32,000 bases of DNA from Bacillus subtilis subsp. subtilis str. 168 (GTDB lineage Bacteria; Bacillota; Bacilli; Bacillales; Bacillaceae). The stretch spans positions 1,950,001 through 1,982,000 of the forward strand of contig NC_000964.3 in the NCBI RefSeq assembly GCF_000009045.1, read 5' to 3'. The translations under genes and the position numbers were made by a program. Positions within the stretch are counted from its first letter, which is position 1; every line of letters begins with the position of its first letter. Shown here in pieces: positions 1-8,026 of this stretch. The notes beneath the pieces are model-generated. The model did not search any database, was not told where the DNA came from, and worked only from the letters and a program-made list of their open reading frames with translations.

Positions 1-1211
1 GCCATTGCATACAACCCCGCCCCGTAAGCTTTTCGGACAATGACAGAGAGTTTTGGAACAGTTGCCTCCGACATCGCAGAAATCATTTTCGCTCCGTGTC
101 TGATAATCCCAGCCTGTTCTACTTTTGTGCCAATCATAAAACCGGGGATATCGGCTAAGAACAGCAATGGGATATGAAAAGCGTCACATAAGGTAATAAA
201 CTTAGCCGCTTTGTCTGCTGAATCGTGGAATAAGACGCCTCCTTTTACCTTCGGCTGGTTTGCAACAATGCCGACAGGCTGTCCGTGGATTCGTGCGAGG
301 CCCGTCAATAATTCCGGTGCAAATAAGGCTTTGATCTCAAAAAATGAGTCTTCATCTATGACCCGCTCAATGAGCTCATGCATATCAAAAGGTGCGTTTT
401 GATTTTGCGGAATGACGTCGGCAAGCGGAGTTTCGAAGTGTTTTGGCGGGCGTTTCTCATGAATGGGCGCTTTTTCTTGAAAATTTGCCGGAAAGTAAGA
501 CAAATAAGCCCGCACCAGCTGTATGGCTTCTTCTTCAGTTTCTGCAAGAATATCTCCGCAGCCGGAGATTGAGCAATGCATACGGGCGCCACCCATTTCT
601 TCGAGAGACACTTTTTCTCCAATAACCATTTCCGCCATCCTTGGCGAACCTAAATACATGGAGGCGTTACCGTCTACCATAACGACGATATCACAGAAGG
701 CCGGAATATAAGCGCCTCCTGCCGCAGATGGTCCGAAAAGCAGACAGATTTGCGGAATGCGTCCCGATAATTTGACTTGATTGTAAAAAATTCTTCCTGC
801 ACCGCGTCTCCCTGGAAAGACATTGATTTGGTCGGTAATTCGGGCGCCTGCCGAATCGACTAAATAAATGAGCGGACAGTTTAATTTTTCGGCGATTTCT
901 TGAATTCTGATGATTTTTTCAACTGTTTTTGCTCCCCATGACCCCGCTTTCACTGTTGAATCATTCGCCATGACGCAAACGGTTTGGCCGCCGATTTTGC
1001 CGATAGCGGTTACAACTCCGTCAGCGGGAAGCCCGTCTGACATACATTCCGCAAAAAAAGCGTCTTCTAGCTCAATGTCATCGTCAAAGAGAAGGGAAAG
1101 CCGCTCTCTGACAAAGAGCTTGCCTTTTTCCCGATTGCTTTGATGATACTTTTCCGCTCCGCCTTTTCGAATCCGTTCAGCCCGTTCTGTTCGTTCCTTT
1201 TCATAATCCAT
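1..1211 (-). CDS. yngE: Acyl-CoA (propionyl-/methylcrotonyl-CoA type) carboxylase carboxyltransferase subunit, partial: C-terminus runs off the left edge
   Basis: Minus-strand frame with no stop from 1211 to the window edge. It translates as MDYEKERTERAERIRKGGAEKYHQSNREKGKLFVRERLSLLFDDD...NDSTVKAGSWGAKTVEKIIRIQEIA...YLVDSAGARITDQINVFPGRRGAGRIFYNQVKLSG...GPSAAGGAYIPAFCDIVVMV...GAGLYAM. GGGAGG RBS 8 nt upstream of ATG 1211. An alternative ATG at 1217 is only 2 nt from the RBS. Confidence 0.93.
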   Translation of the reverse strand, partial: MDYEKERTERAERIRKGGAEKYHQSNREKGKLFVRERLSLLFDDDIELEDAFFAECMSDGLPADGVVTAIGKIGGQTVCVMANDSTVKAGSWGAKTVEKIIRIQEIAEKLNCPLIYLVDSAGARITDQINVFPGRRGAGRIFYNQVKLSGRIPQICLLFGPSAAGGAYIPAFCDIVVMVDGNASMYLGSPRMAEMVIGEKVSLEEMGGARMHCSISGCGDILAETEEEAIQLVRAYLSYFPANFQEKAPIHEKRPPKHFETPLADVIPQNQNAPFDMHELIERVIDEDSFFEIKALFAPELLTGLARIHGQPVGIVANQPKVKGGVLFHDSADKAAKFITLCDAFHIPLLFLADIPGFMIGTKVEQAGIIRHGAKMISAMSEATVPKLSVIVRKAYGAGLYAM

Positions 1212-1227
1212 CAGCATTGCCTCCCTT

Positions 1228-2010
1228 TTATATTCCCTTGTATACGGCCCGTCTTTTTTCTTGAAAGGCCTGAAGCCCTTCTCTCCTGTCTTTTGTCGGG
1301 ATGGTTTGTTCATACGCTTTTTGTTCAATCGCAAGGCCTGTAGCAAGATCTGTCTCCAATCCTTTATTGATTGCAAATTTAGCCTGACGGACAGCGATCG
1401 GTCCGTTGGCAGAAATGGCTGCGGCCAGTTCCTCTGCTTTTGGCATAAGGTCACAAGGAGCCGTGACATGCTCTACAAGGCCGATTTCTTTTGCTTCGTG
1501 TGCGGTCACGCGTCTGCCTGTATAAATGAATTCTTTTGCTTTTCCTCTGCCAATCAGCCGGGGCAGCCTTTGGGTCCCTCCAGCGCCCGGGATAATAGCT
1601 AACCCTGTTTCCGGAAGTCCCAGCACAGCTGCTTCAGTTGCGATTCGAAGGTCGCATGCCAATGCCAATTCTAGTCCGCCGCCTAATGCGCTTCCATTTA
1701 TCGCAGCTATGACCGGCTGCGGCAAGGCATCAAGTAAAGCCGCCGTTCTTTGAATGAGAGATACACTTTCCAGAACCTGATCTTCTTTCAGTTTTATCCG
1801 TTCCTTCAGGTCTGCCCCTGCACAAAACGCTTTTTCACCGGTGCCTGTGAGGATGACGCAACGGATGTTTGAGTTAAATTCAATTTCCTGGATAATCATT
1901 TGCAGGTTTCTAAGCATTTCCGCTGAAAGAGCATTTGCTGCCTGAGGCCTGTTTAAGGTGATCAACGCCATATGTTCATTTTTAACAGTAAAAAGAATAG
2001 AATCTCCCAT
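1228..2010 (-). CDS. yngF: Enoyl-CoA hydratase/isomerase family protein (methylglutaconyl-CoA hydratase candidate), 260 aa
   Basis: Crotonase fold motifs: NRPQAANALSAEM, GTGEKAFCAGADLKER, ALGGGLELALACDLRIA, LPETGLAIIPGAGGTQRLPRLIG. The ORF track starts 8 codons further upstream; the internal MGDSILFTVKNEH start fits the family better. Confidence 0.93.
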   Translation of the reverse strand: MGDSILFTVKNEHMALITLNRPQAANALSAEMLRNLQMIIQEIEFNSNIRCVILTGTGEKAFCAGADLKERIKLKEDQVLESVSLIQRTAALLDALPQPVIAAINGSALGGGLELALACDLRIATEAAVLGLPETGLAIIPGAGGTQRLPRLIGRGKAKEFIYTGRRVTAHEAKEIGLVEHVTAPCDLMPKAEELAAAISANGPIAVRQAKFAINKGLETDLATGLAIEQKAYEQTIPTKDRREGLQAFQEKRRAVYKGI

Positions 2011-2030
2011 TGTATGCGTCCTCCCTTTTA

Positions 2031-2930
2031 TCAAGATGATTTAAACACCTGTAAATTTCTGCTCGGCAGCGGTTTGCCCATTTTTTCTTCAATCCATTTG
2101 GCCGCAGATAGCAGTTTTTCTAGCTTTACATTTGTTTTGATATCCATCTGTTCAAGCATGTACACGATATCCTCAGTTGCGGCGTTTCCTGATGAACCTG
2201 GCGCATATGGGCATCCCCCAAGCCCGCCTGCCGAGCCGTCGAACACCGTGATGCCCATTTGGAGTGCTGTGACCATGTTGGCCAGAGCGGTTCCTCTCGT
2301 ATCATGAAAATGCAGGGCAATTTGATTAGCCGGGAATCGTGCCAAAAGAGCTTCAAGTACAGTTTCCACTTGGGCGGGATTAGCTGCTCCAATCGTATCT
2401 CCAAGCGACAGTTCAGAAATCCCAAATTCAAATAGAGCTTCTGAAAGGCGAATGACTTGTTCAATGGGGACATCTTTTTCGTACGGACAGCCGAAAACAG
2501 TCGAGAGGTAGGCTCTTGTTGTGAGGTTTGCTTTTTGTGCGTCGTTGTTTACTTGTTTGAGTATATGGAGGGATTCAGAAGTGGATTTATTGATGTTTTT
2601 TCTGTTGTGCGTCTCGCTGGCGGACATAAAAACGCAAGCCTCGTTAATGCCTCCTTCAAGTGCATTCTCCAGTCCTCTTTGATTCGGGACAAGTGCCGCG
2701 TACGTTACCCCTTTTTCTCGGTCGATGCCTTTTGCTACATCGATAGCATCTCGAAGCGCCGGAATCCATTTCGGGTGAACGAAGGATGTGATTTCAATAT
2801 ACGACAGCCCTGTCCGGGAAAGCTGGTTGATCCAGGTTATTTTATCCTCTGTTGCGATCCAAACGGGCTCGTTTTGTAAGCCATCACGCGGGCCGACTTC
2901 TTTGATTGTCACTTTTTTAGGATATGGCAT
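2031..2930 (-). CDS. yngG: Hydroxymethylglutaryl-CoA lyase, 299 aa
   Basis: KVTIKEVGPRDGLQNE, ITSFVHPKWIPALRD, SLGDTIGAA, HFHDTRGTALAN and the GGLGGCPYAPG active-site loop. GGAGG RBS 6 nt upstream of ATG. Confidence 0.95.
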   Translation of the reverse strand: MPYPKKVTIKEVGPRDGLQNEPVWIATEDKITWINQLSRTGLSYIEITSFVHPKWIPALRDAIDVAKGIDREKGVTYAALVPNQRGLENALEGGINEACVFMSASETHNRKNINKSTSESLHILKQVNNDAQKANLTTRAYLSTVFGCPYEKDVPIEQVIRLSEALFEFGISELSLGDTIGAANPAQVETVLEALLARFPANQIALHFHDTRGTALANMVTALQMGITVFDGSAGGLGGCPYAPGSSGNAATEDIVYMLEQMDIKTNVKLEKLLSAAKWIEEKMGKPLPSRNLQVFKSS

Positions 2931-2944
2931 GGTCTTCCTCCAAA

Positions 2945-3166
2945 TTATTGAGTGGAATTGCTCAGTTCGAGCAGTACGTCTCCTTCATTTACAAAGTCGC
3001 CTTCCTTTTTTTTGACTTCTTTTACGATTCCGCTTCTATCTGCAACGATCGGGATTTCCATTTTCATCGATTCCAAAATGGCTACCTCCTGGCCCTTTTC
3101 GATTTGGTCGCCGGCTTTGACGTGGACTTTCCACAGGTTTCCTGCCATTTGTATGCTAACCGTCAT
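2945..3166 (-). CDS. yngHB: Free-standing biotin/lipoyl attachment domain protein (BCCP-like), 73 aa
   Basis: Whole protein is a single biotinyl domain with the ESMKMEIP biotinylation motif. AGGAGG RBS 8 nt upstream of ATG. Confidence 0.93.
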   Translation of the reverse strand: MTVSIQMAGNLWKVHVKAGDQIEKGQEVAILESMKMEIPIVADRSGIVKEVKKKEGDFVNEGDVLLELSNSTQ

Positions 3167-3180
3167 GACAACTGCCTCCT

Positions 3181-4515
3181 TTATAGGTGCTGTTTCAAAA
3201 AGTCAGTCGTGACATCCCCTTCTTTAAATGCCTTTGTTGCCGCAGCCTGTATGAGGAGCGGAAGGTTTGTTTTGATTCCCTCTACACGATAGTCGCGAAG
3301 CGCTGTCTCTAGTTTTTCAATTGCTTCTGTTCTGGTTTGGCCTTTGACAATCATCTTAGCGATCATCGGGTCATAAAAAGGGGTAACGGTGCTGTCTTTT
3401 GCTACCGCACATTCGTGTCTGACTCCTTTTTGGTCAGGAAGTGAAAACGCAGTGATCGTACCTGGTGACGGGAAGAAGGTCTTGGGATCTTCCGCGTATA
3501 TTCGAACCTCTATCGCATGCCCGTTCCGTTGGATGTCTTTTTGGGAGAATGTGAGTGTATGGCCCGCAGCAATCCGCAGCTGCTGCTCAACTAAGTCCAG
3601 GCCTGTTATTTCTTCAGTCACGGGGTGTTCAACTTGCAGTCTCGTATTCATTTCGAGGAAATAAAAATTTTGTTTCTGGTCAACTATAAATTCGATGGTG
3701 CCTGCGTTCGTATAGCCGATTGCCTTCGCTGCTTTTACCGCTGTTTGACCGATCTTCATTCTTAGTTCATCGTCTACAAATGGAGACGGTGCTTCTTCAA
3801 TGACTTTTTGGTGGCGCCTCTGAACAGAGCAATCACGTTCAAACAGATGTACTGTATGGCCGTGTTGATCGGCCAAAAGCTGAACCTCGATGTGGCGCGC
3901 ATGTTCAATAACTTTTTCTATATACATAGACCCGTCACCGAAAAAATCTGCTGCGCGCTTTTTGTTTCCCTCGTACGCTTTTTTTAATGCTTCTTCATTT
4001 TCAACACGCTGCATTCCGATGCCGCCTCCGCCCGCTGAAGCTTTCAGCATGACAGGATAGCCGATTTGACTTGCGGTGCGGCAGGCTGCCTCTATATCTC
4101 CGAGGGATTCAGAAACGCCCGGCACCACAGGGACACCTGCAGCCTCCATTGCTTTTCGCGCTTCAATTTTGCTGCCCATCTTTGCGATGATATCAGGGGA
4201 AGGTCCGATAAACACGATGTTTTCTTGCTTGCAGCGTTCAGCGAACCGGCTGTTTTCTGATAACAATCCATATCCCGGGTGGATCGCGTCGGCTTTTGCT
4301 TTTTTCGCCGTCTTTATGATTCTCTCTATATTTAAATAACTTTCACTGACTCTCGATTCCCCGATCAAATATGCCTCTGTAGCGGCTTTTGTATGGGGCG
4401 CGTCCTTGTCTGCTTCTGAATAAACAGCGACCGTTTTAATGCCGAGACGGCTGCATGTTCGGATAATTCTCATTGCAATTTCACCGCGGTTGGCGATCAG
4501 TACTTTTGTAAACAT
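3181..4515 (-). CDS. yngHA: Biotin carboxylase subunit of an acyl-CoA carboxylase, 444 aa
   Basis: KVLIANRGEIAMRIIRT, IHPGYGLLSENSRFAERC, LKASAGGGGIGM, HIEVQLLAD, FLEMNTRLQVEHPVTE motifs. GAGGTGA RBS. Confidence 0.94.
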   Translation of the reverse strand: MFTKVLIANRGEIAMRIIRTCSRLGIKTVAVYSEADKDAPHTKAATEAYLIGESRVSESYLNIERIIKTAKKAKADAIHPGYGLLSENSRFAERCKQENIVFIGPSPDIIAKMGSKIEARKAMEAAGVPVVPGVSESLGDIEAACRTASQIGYPVMLKASAGGGGIGMQRVENEEALKKAYEGNKKRAADFFGDGSMYIEKVIEHARHIEVQLLADQHGHTVHLFERDCSVQRRHQKVIEEAPSPFVDDELRMKIGQTAVKAAKAIGYTNAGTIEFIVDQKQNFYFLEMNTRLQVEHPVTEEITGLDLVEQQLRIAAGHTLTFSQKDIQRNGHAIEVRIYAEDPKTFFPSPGTITAFSLPDQKGVRHECAVAKDSTVTPFYDPMIAKMIVKGQTRTEAIEKLETALRDYRVEGIKTNLPLLIQAAATKAFKEGDVTTDFLKQHL

Positions 4516-4524
4516 GATTTCACC

Positions 4525-6174
4525 TCATTGACTTGATGATAAGTTGAACATTTCAATCGTTTTTTCTCGCAGTTTATATTTTTGAATTTTGCCTGAGGCC
4601 GTCATCGGATAGTCATCCGTAAAAATAACATAACGCGGAATTTTGTGGCGGGCGATTTTCCCTTTGCAATAGGCTTTAAGCTCATCAGGTGAAACGCTTT
4701 TACCGTCTTTCAGTTTAATCCAGGCTGCAGCTTCCTCCCCGAATTTGGCGTCAGGCACACCAACCACCTGTACATCTAAAACAGCGGGATGCTGGTATAA
4801 AAATTCTTCAATTTCCCGCGGATAAATGTTCTCGCCGCCTCTGATGAGCATATCTTTTAATCTTCCGGTGATGCGGCAGTACCCGTCTTCATCCATGACA
4901 GCAAGATCTCCGGTAAACAGCCATCCGTCATGATTGATTGCTTTTCTGGTCGCATCTTTGTCTTTATAATAGCCTTTCATGACGTGATAGCCACGGGTGC
5001 ACAGTTCTCCCTGCATGCCTCTTTGAACTTCTTGACATGTCCCGGGTTCTACAATTTTCACCTCAGTATGTGGCAGGGCACGGCCGGTTGTTTCGACTCT
5101 TCTTATGAAGGAATCATTTGCTCTCGTTTGTGTAATGACTGGCGAGGCTTCGGTTTGTCCATAGGCGATCGTAATGTCTTTCATGCCCATCCTTTCAATC
5201 ACAGCTTTCATCACTTCACTTGGACAGGGAGAGCCGGCCATGATTCCTGTTCGGAGCGTCGATAGATCATATGCATCAAAATCCGGATGATGCAGCTCGG
5301 CGATAAACATGGTAGGCACACCATGGAGCACTGTGCATTTCTCTTTTTCTACCGTTTTAAGGACGGTAACGGGATCAAATTCTTGCACGGGTATCATGGC
5401 TGCCCCGACGGATACACATGCCAAAACCCCAAGGACGCATCCAAAGCAGTGAAAAAACGGAACAGGGATGCACATGCGGTCTTGAGAGGTTAAAGCCATA
5501 CATTCAGCGATATTAGCAGCGTTATTGATGACATTGAAATGGGTCAGCATCACGCCTTTTGGAAACCCTGTCGTTCCTGATGTGTATTGCATATTAATCA
5601 CATTGTCTTTATCCAGGCTGTTCATTCTCTCTTCAAGCTCAGCATCTGTCACTGTTTTCGCCAATATCTCTGTATCGTCCCAATGATACATGCCAGACAA
5701 TCGTTTATTGCCAATATAGATCAGCGTTTTTAAAAAGGGATAGCGTTCAGATTTCAGTTGGCCGGGCTTTGCTTCTTGCAGTTCTGGAATTAAACTGTTC
5801 ACGATGTCTGGATAAGAAGTGCCCCTGTATGAATCCATGATAATAAGCGCCGCGGCATCCGATTGCTTTAACAAGTAATCAAGCTCATGTGCTTGATAAT
5901 TGGTATTGACGGTCACGAGCACGGCTCCGATCTTCGCAGTTGCGAACTGGACGGCAAGCCATTCAGAGATATTAGAAGCCCATATGGCGACGTGGTCTCC
6001 TTTTCCAATCCCCATCCGCATGAGACCTTTAGCGGTTTGACGGCACAGACTGTCAAATTGAGCGTACGTATAGCGGATATTTCGGTCTGGATACACAACA
6101 GCATCTCGATCGGGATACGCATCAGCTGTTTGTTCCAGCAGCCTGCCGATTGTGGAATGGATGAGTTCAGCCAT
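4525..6174 (-). CDS. yngI: Acyl-CoA synthetase (AMP-forming), 549 aa
   Basis: AMP-binding motifs MQYTSGTTGFPKGVMLTH, YGQTEASPV, GWLFTGDLAVMDEDGYCRITGRLKDMLIRGGENIYPREIEE, ASGKIQKYKLRE. Confidence 0.94.
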   Translation of the reverse strand: MAELIHSTIGRLLEQTADAYPDRDAVVYPDRNIRYTYAQFDSLCRQTAKGLMRMGIGKGDHVAIWASNISEWLAVQFATAKIGAVLVTVNTNYQAHELDYLLKQSDAAALIIMDSYRGTSYPDIVNSLIPELQEAKPGQLKSERYPFLKTLIYIGNKRLSGMYHWDDTEILAKTVTDAELEERMNSLDKDNVINMQYTSGTTGFPKGVMLTHFNVINNAANIAECMALTSQDRMCIPVPFFHCFGCVLGVLACVSVGAAMIPVQEFDPVTVLKTVEKEKCTVLHGVPTMFIAELHHPDFDAYDLSTLRTGIMAGSPCPSEVMKAVIERMGMKDITIAYGQTEASPVITQTRANDSFIRRVETTGRALPHTEVKIVEPGTCQEVQRGMQGELCTRGYHVMKGYYKDKDATRKAINHDGWLFTGDLAVMDEDGYCRITGRLKDMLIRGGENIYPREIEEFLYQHPAVLDVQVVGVPDAKFGEEAAAWIKLKDGKSVSPDELKAYCKGKIARHKIPRYVIFTDDYPMTASGKIQKYKLREKTIEMFNLSSSQ

Positions 6175-6200
6175 TCATTGTTCCTCCTTTCTTAATGATA

Positions 6201-6214
6201 GGAAAGCGTTTACA
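6201..6214. promoter_or_regulatory. CcpA-binding (cre)-like sequence in the yngJ-yngI intergenic gap
   Basis: GGAAAGCGTTTACA matches the cre consensus TGWAANCGNTNWCA at all but the first position. Confidence 0.4.
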
Positions 6215-6217
6215 TTT

Positions 6218-7360
6218 TTATTTTAAAAGCTGTCTGGCGATCACGAGACGCTGAATTTCAGATGTGCCTTCACCGATTTCCATTAATTTTGCGTCCCGCA
6301 GCATCCGTTCCACCCCATACTCTTTCATATAGCCTGAACCTCCATGGATTTGAATGGCTTGATTGCAAGCTCTTGTCGCCATTTCAGATGCGAATAGCTT
6401 GGCGTACGCCGCTTCTTTGGTGAACGGGCGGTTATGATCTTTCAGCCAGGCGGCTTTTAACACCATTTGCCGTGCCAGATCAATTTCCATCGCCATGTCA
6501 GCAAGCTTAAATTGAATCGCTTGAAAGGAAGAAATCGGCTGTCCAAACTGCTTTCGCTCTTTCGCATATGCCAATGATGCGTCAAGGGCCGCTTGGGCAA
6601 TGCCGACTGCAAGAGCAGCGATGGAGATTCGACCACCATCCAGCGTATATAGAAACTGTTTAAACCCTTTTGTTGGATCGCCAAGTAAGTTGGCCGCAGG
6701 CACTCTTACATCTTCAAGCAAGATTTCCGCTGTATTCGAACCGCGGACGCCCATTTTATCGTACGGGCTCGTAATCGTAAGTCCTGGTGTGTCAGTTGGC
6801 ACGATTAATGCGGAGATGATGTTTTTTCCGTCTTTGTTTTTGCCTGTTACGGCGGTTACAATAACTGTGCGTGCGTAGCTTGCATTAGTGATCCAGCACT
6901 TTTCGCCGTTGATTACATACTCGTCACCATTTGAAATCGCTTTTGTTTGAGTGCCTCCTGCATCTGAGCCGGCATTTGGCTCCGTCAGGCCGAATGATCC
7001 GAGTGCTGTGCCTGAAGCCAGCGGCGTCAAATGCGTCTGTTTTTGCTCTTCTGTTCCGAAGTAGTAAAGAGGGCTTGCGCCTAGCGAGACCGCTGCAGCA
7101 TAGCTTAATCCAGTACTGCCGCAGGCTTTGCCGACTTCTTCAACCGCTAAGGCATATGAAATCGTATCACCGCCAGATCCGCCGTATTCTTCTGGAAATG
7201 GAATACCCATCAGACCGAGTTCACCCATTTTTTTAAATGTTTGCATCGGGAACTCGCCTGTTTGATCTACATGTTCAGCGTGAGGAGCAATTTCTTTTTT
7301 CGCAAAATCTTTTACCATTTCACGCACCATTTGTTGTTCTTTTGTCAGCTCAAAATTCAC
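6218..7360 (-). CDS. yngJ: Acyl-CoA dehydrogenase, 380 aa (isovaleryl-CoA dehydrogenase-like)
   Basis: LTEPNAGSDAGGTQTKA, WITNASYA, YDKMGVRGSNTAEI, ERKQFGQPI, QIHGGSGYMKEYGVERMLRDAKLMEIGEGTSEIQRLVIARQLL. AAGGAGG RBS 7 nt before GTG at 7360; the ORF-track start at 7390 lies upstream of this RBS. Confidence 0.94.
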   Translation of the reverse strand: MNFELTKEQQMVREMVKDFAKKEIAPHAEHVDQTGEFPMQTFKKMGELGLMGIPFPEEYGGSGGDTISYALAVEEVGKACGSTGLSYAAAVSLGASPLYYFGTEEQKQTHLTPLASGTALGSFGLTEPNAGSDAGGTQTKAISNGDEYVINGEKCWITNASYARTVIVTAVTGKNKDGKNIISALIVPTDTPGLTITSPYDKMGVRGSNTAEILLEDVRVPAANLLGDPTKGFKQFLYTLDGGRISIAALAVGIAQAALDASLAYAKERKQFGQPISSFQAIQFKLADMAMEIDLARQMVLKAAWLKDHNRPFTKEAAYAKLFASEMATRACNQAIQIHGGSGYMKEYGVERMLRDAKLMEIGEGTSEIQRLVIARQLLK

Positions 7361-7450
7361 ATCGTTTCCTCCTTCACATCTTTGTAACATCCTATTAGGC
7401 GAGTTCTATAATCATTCCCTGACAAGAAAAGTCTGAAAATTAAAACTGAA

Positions 7451-7774
7451 TCATTTTTTATGTGATAATATCAGCGGGATGAGCAAATACATGCAGTAGG
7501 CGCATACCATCCATATCGTAAACGCAATAACTTGGCCCTTTGATAAAGCCGGGAAGATGAGGGGAAGATTCCAAAGGGAAATCGTATCCATCAATAAACC
7601 GACCGCTGATCCCCATATACCTAGCTTGATCACCGCGAACTGTGATTGATCGAGTTTTTGATAGAGAAAGAACACAAGGCATAAAACAAGAGCAGTGCCC
7701 GCTCCCAAGAGAAGAAAGTTCGGCAAAAAGGCTTCTTCAGCCGGATCAGTCAACACAGCATCTCCGAACAGCAC
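7451..7774 (-). pseudogene. Small multi-pass membrane protein ORF (possibly DUF5367-like), probably lacking its native start; could alternatively be a short GTG-started gene
   Basis: Hydrophobic 107 aa ORF (FLLLGAGTALVLCLVFFLYQK...VIAFTIWMVCAYCMYLLIPLIL). The frame stays open and hydrophobic upstream of the GTG (CFTFSFLVWLGATLFF) back to a stop at 7859-7861, with no ATG/GTG/TTG there. The GTG at 7774 has no well-spaced RBS. Confidence 0.5.
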
Positions 7775-7919
7775 AAAAAATAATGTGGCACCTAACCAGA
7801 CTAGAAATGAAAACGTAAAACACGTCCTGTACGTGTTTCTCTTCGATTTTATTTTTATTTAGTACTAGTTTCTCAGATTCCAATAATGGTAAATGTCCAA
7901 ACACCGCCTCCATATTCAT
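7746..7919 (-). pseudogene. Truncated N-terminus of a RimJ/RimL-like GNAT acetyltransferase (57 aa ORF, below the ORF-track threshold)
   Basis: Hand translation: MNMEAVFGHLPLLESEKLVLNKNKIEEKHVQDVFYVFISSLVRCHIIFCAVRRCCVD*. The first ~37 aa resemble the usual GNAT opening (x-PxLExERLxLRxxxxxDxxxxF). RBS AAAGGTGA 7-8 nt upstream of ATG 7919. The rest overlaps the membrane ORF out of frame. Confidence 0.45.
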
Positions 7920-7987
7920 GTGAATCTCACCTTTGTTTTTTAAAAAATTCAGCGGTTTACCATCGTTTCCTGTCCCAAAATCACTTT

Positions 7988-8015
7988 TTAAAAAAAGACG
8001 ACTTAGAAAGCCGTC
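7988..8015 (-). terminator. Rho-independent terminator-like hairpin downstream of yngK
   Basis: Minus strand GACGGCTT-TCT-AAGTCGTC (8 bp stem with one G-U pair) followed by TTTTTTT, starting 12 nt after the yngK stop codon at 8027. Confidence 0.8.
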
Positions 8016-8026
8016 CTTCTCATTTC

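Noticed and set aside
7361-7450. Candidate promoter upstream of yngJ (TTGTCA ... TATAGA)
   Set aside because: The -35-like and -10-like hexamers are spaced far too closely for SigA, and I could not place a convincing SigE pair; not called as a feature.
7818-7838. Inverted repeat AAACACGT-CCTGT-ACGTGTTT
   Set aside because: Short perfect 8 bp arms but no clean T-run directly after the stem on either strand, and the stem is AT-rich. It lies inside the decayed GNAT/membrane ORF region, so terminator or operator status is not supportable.
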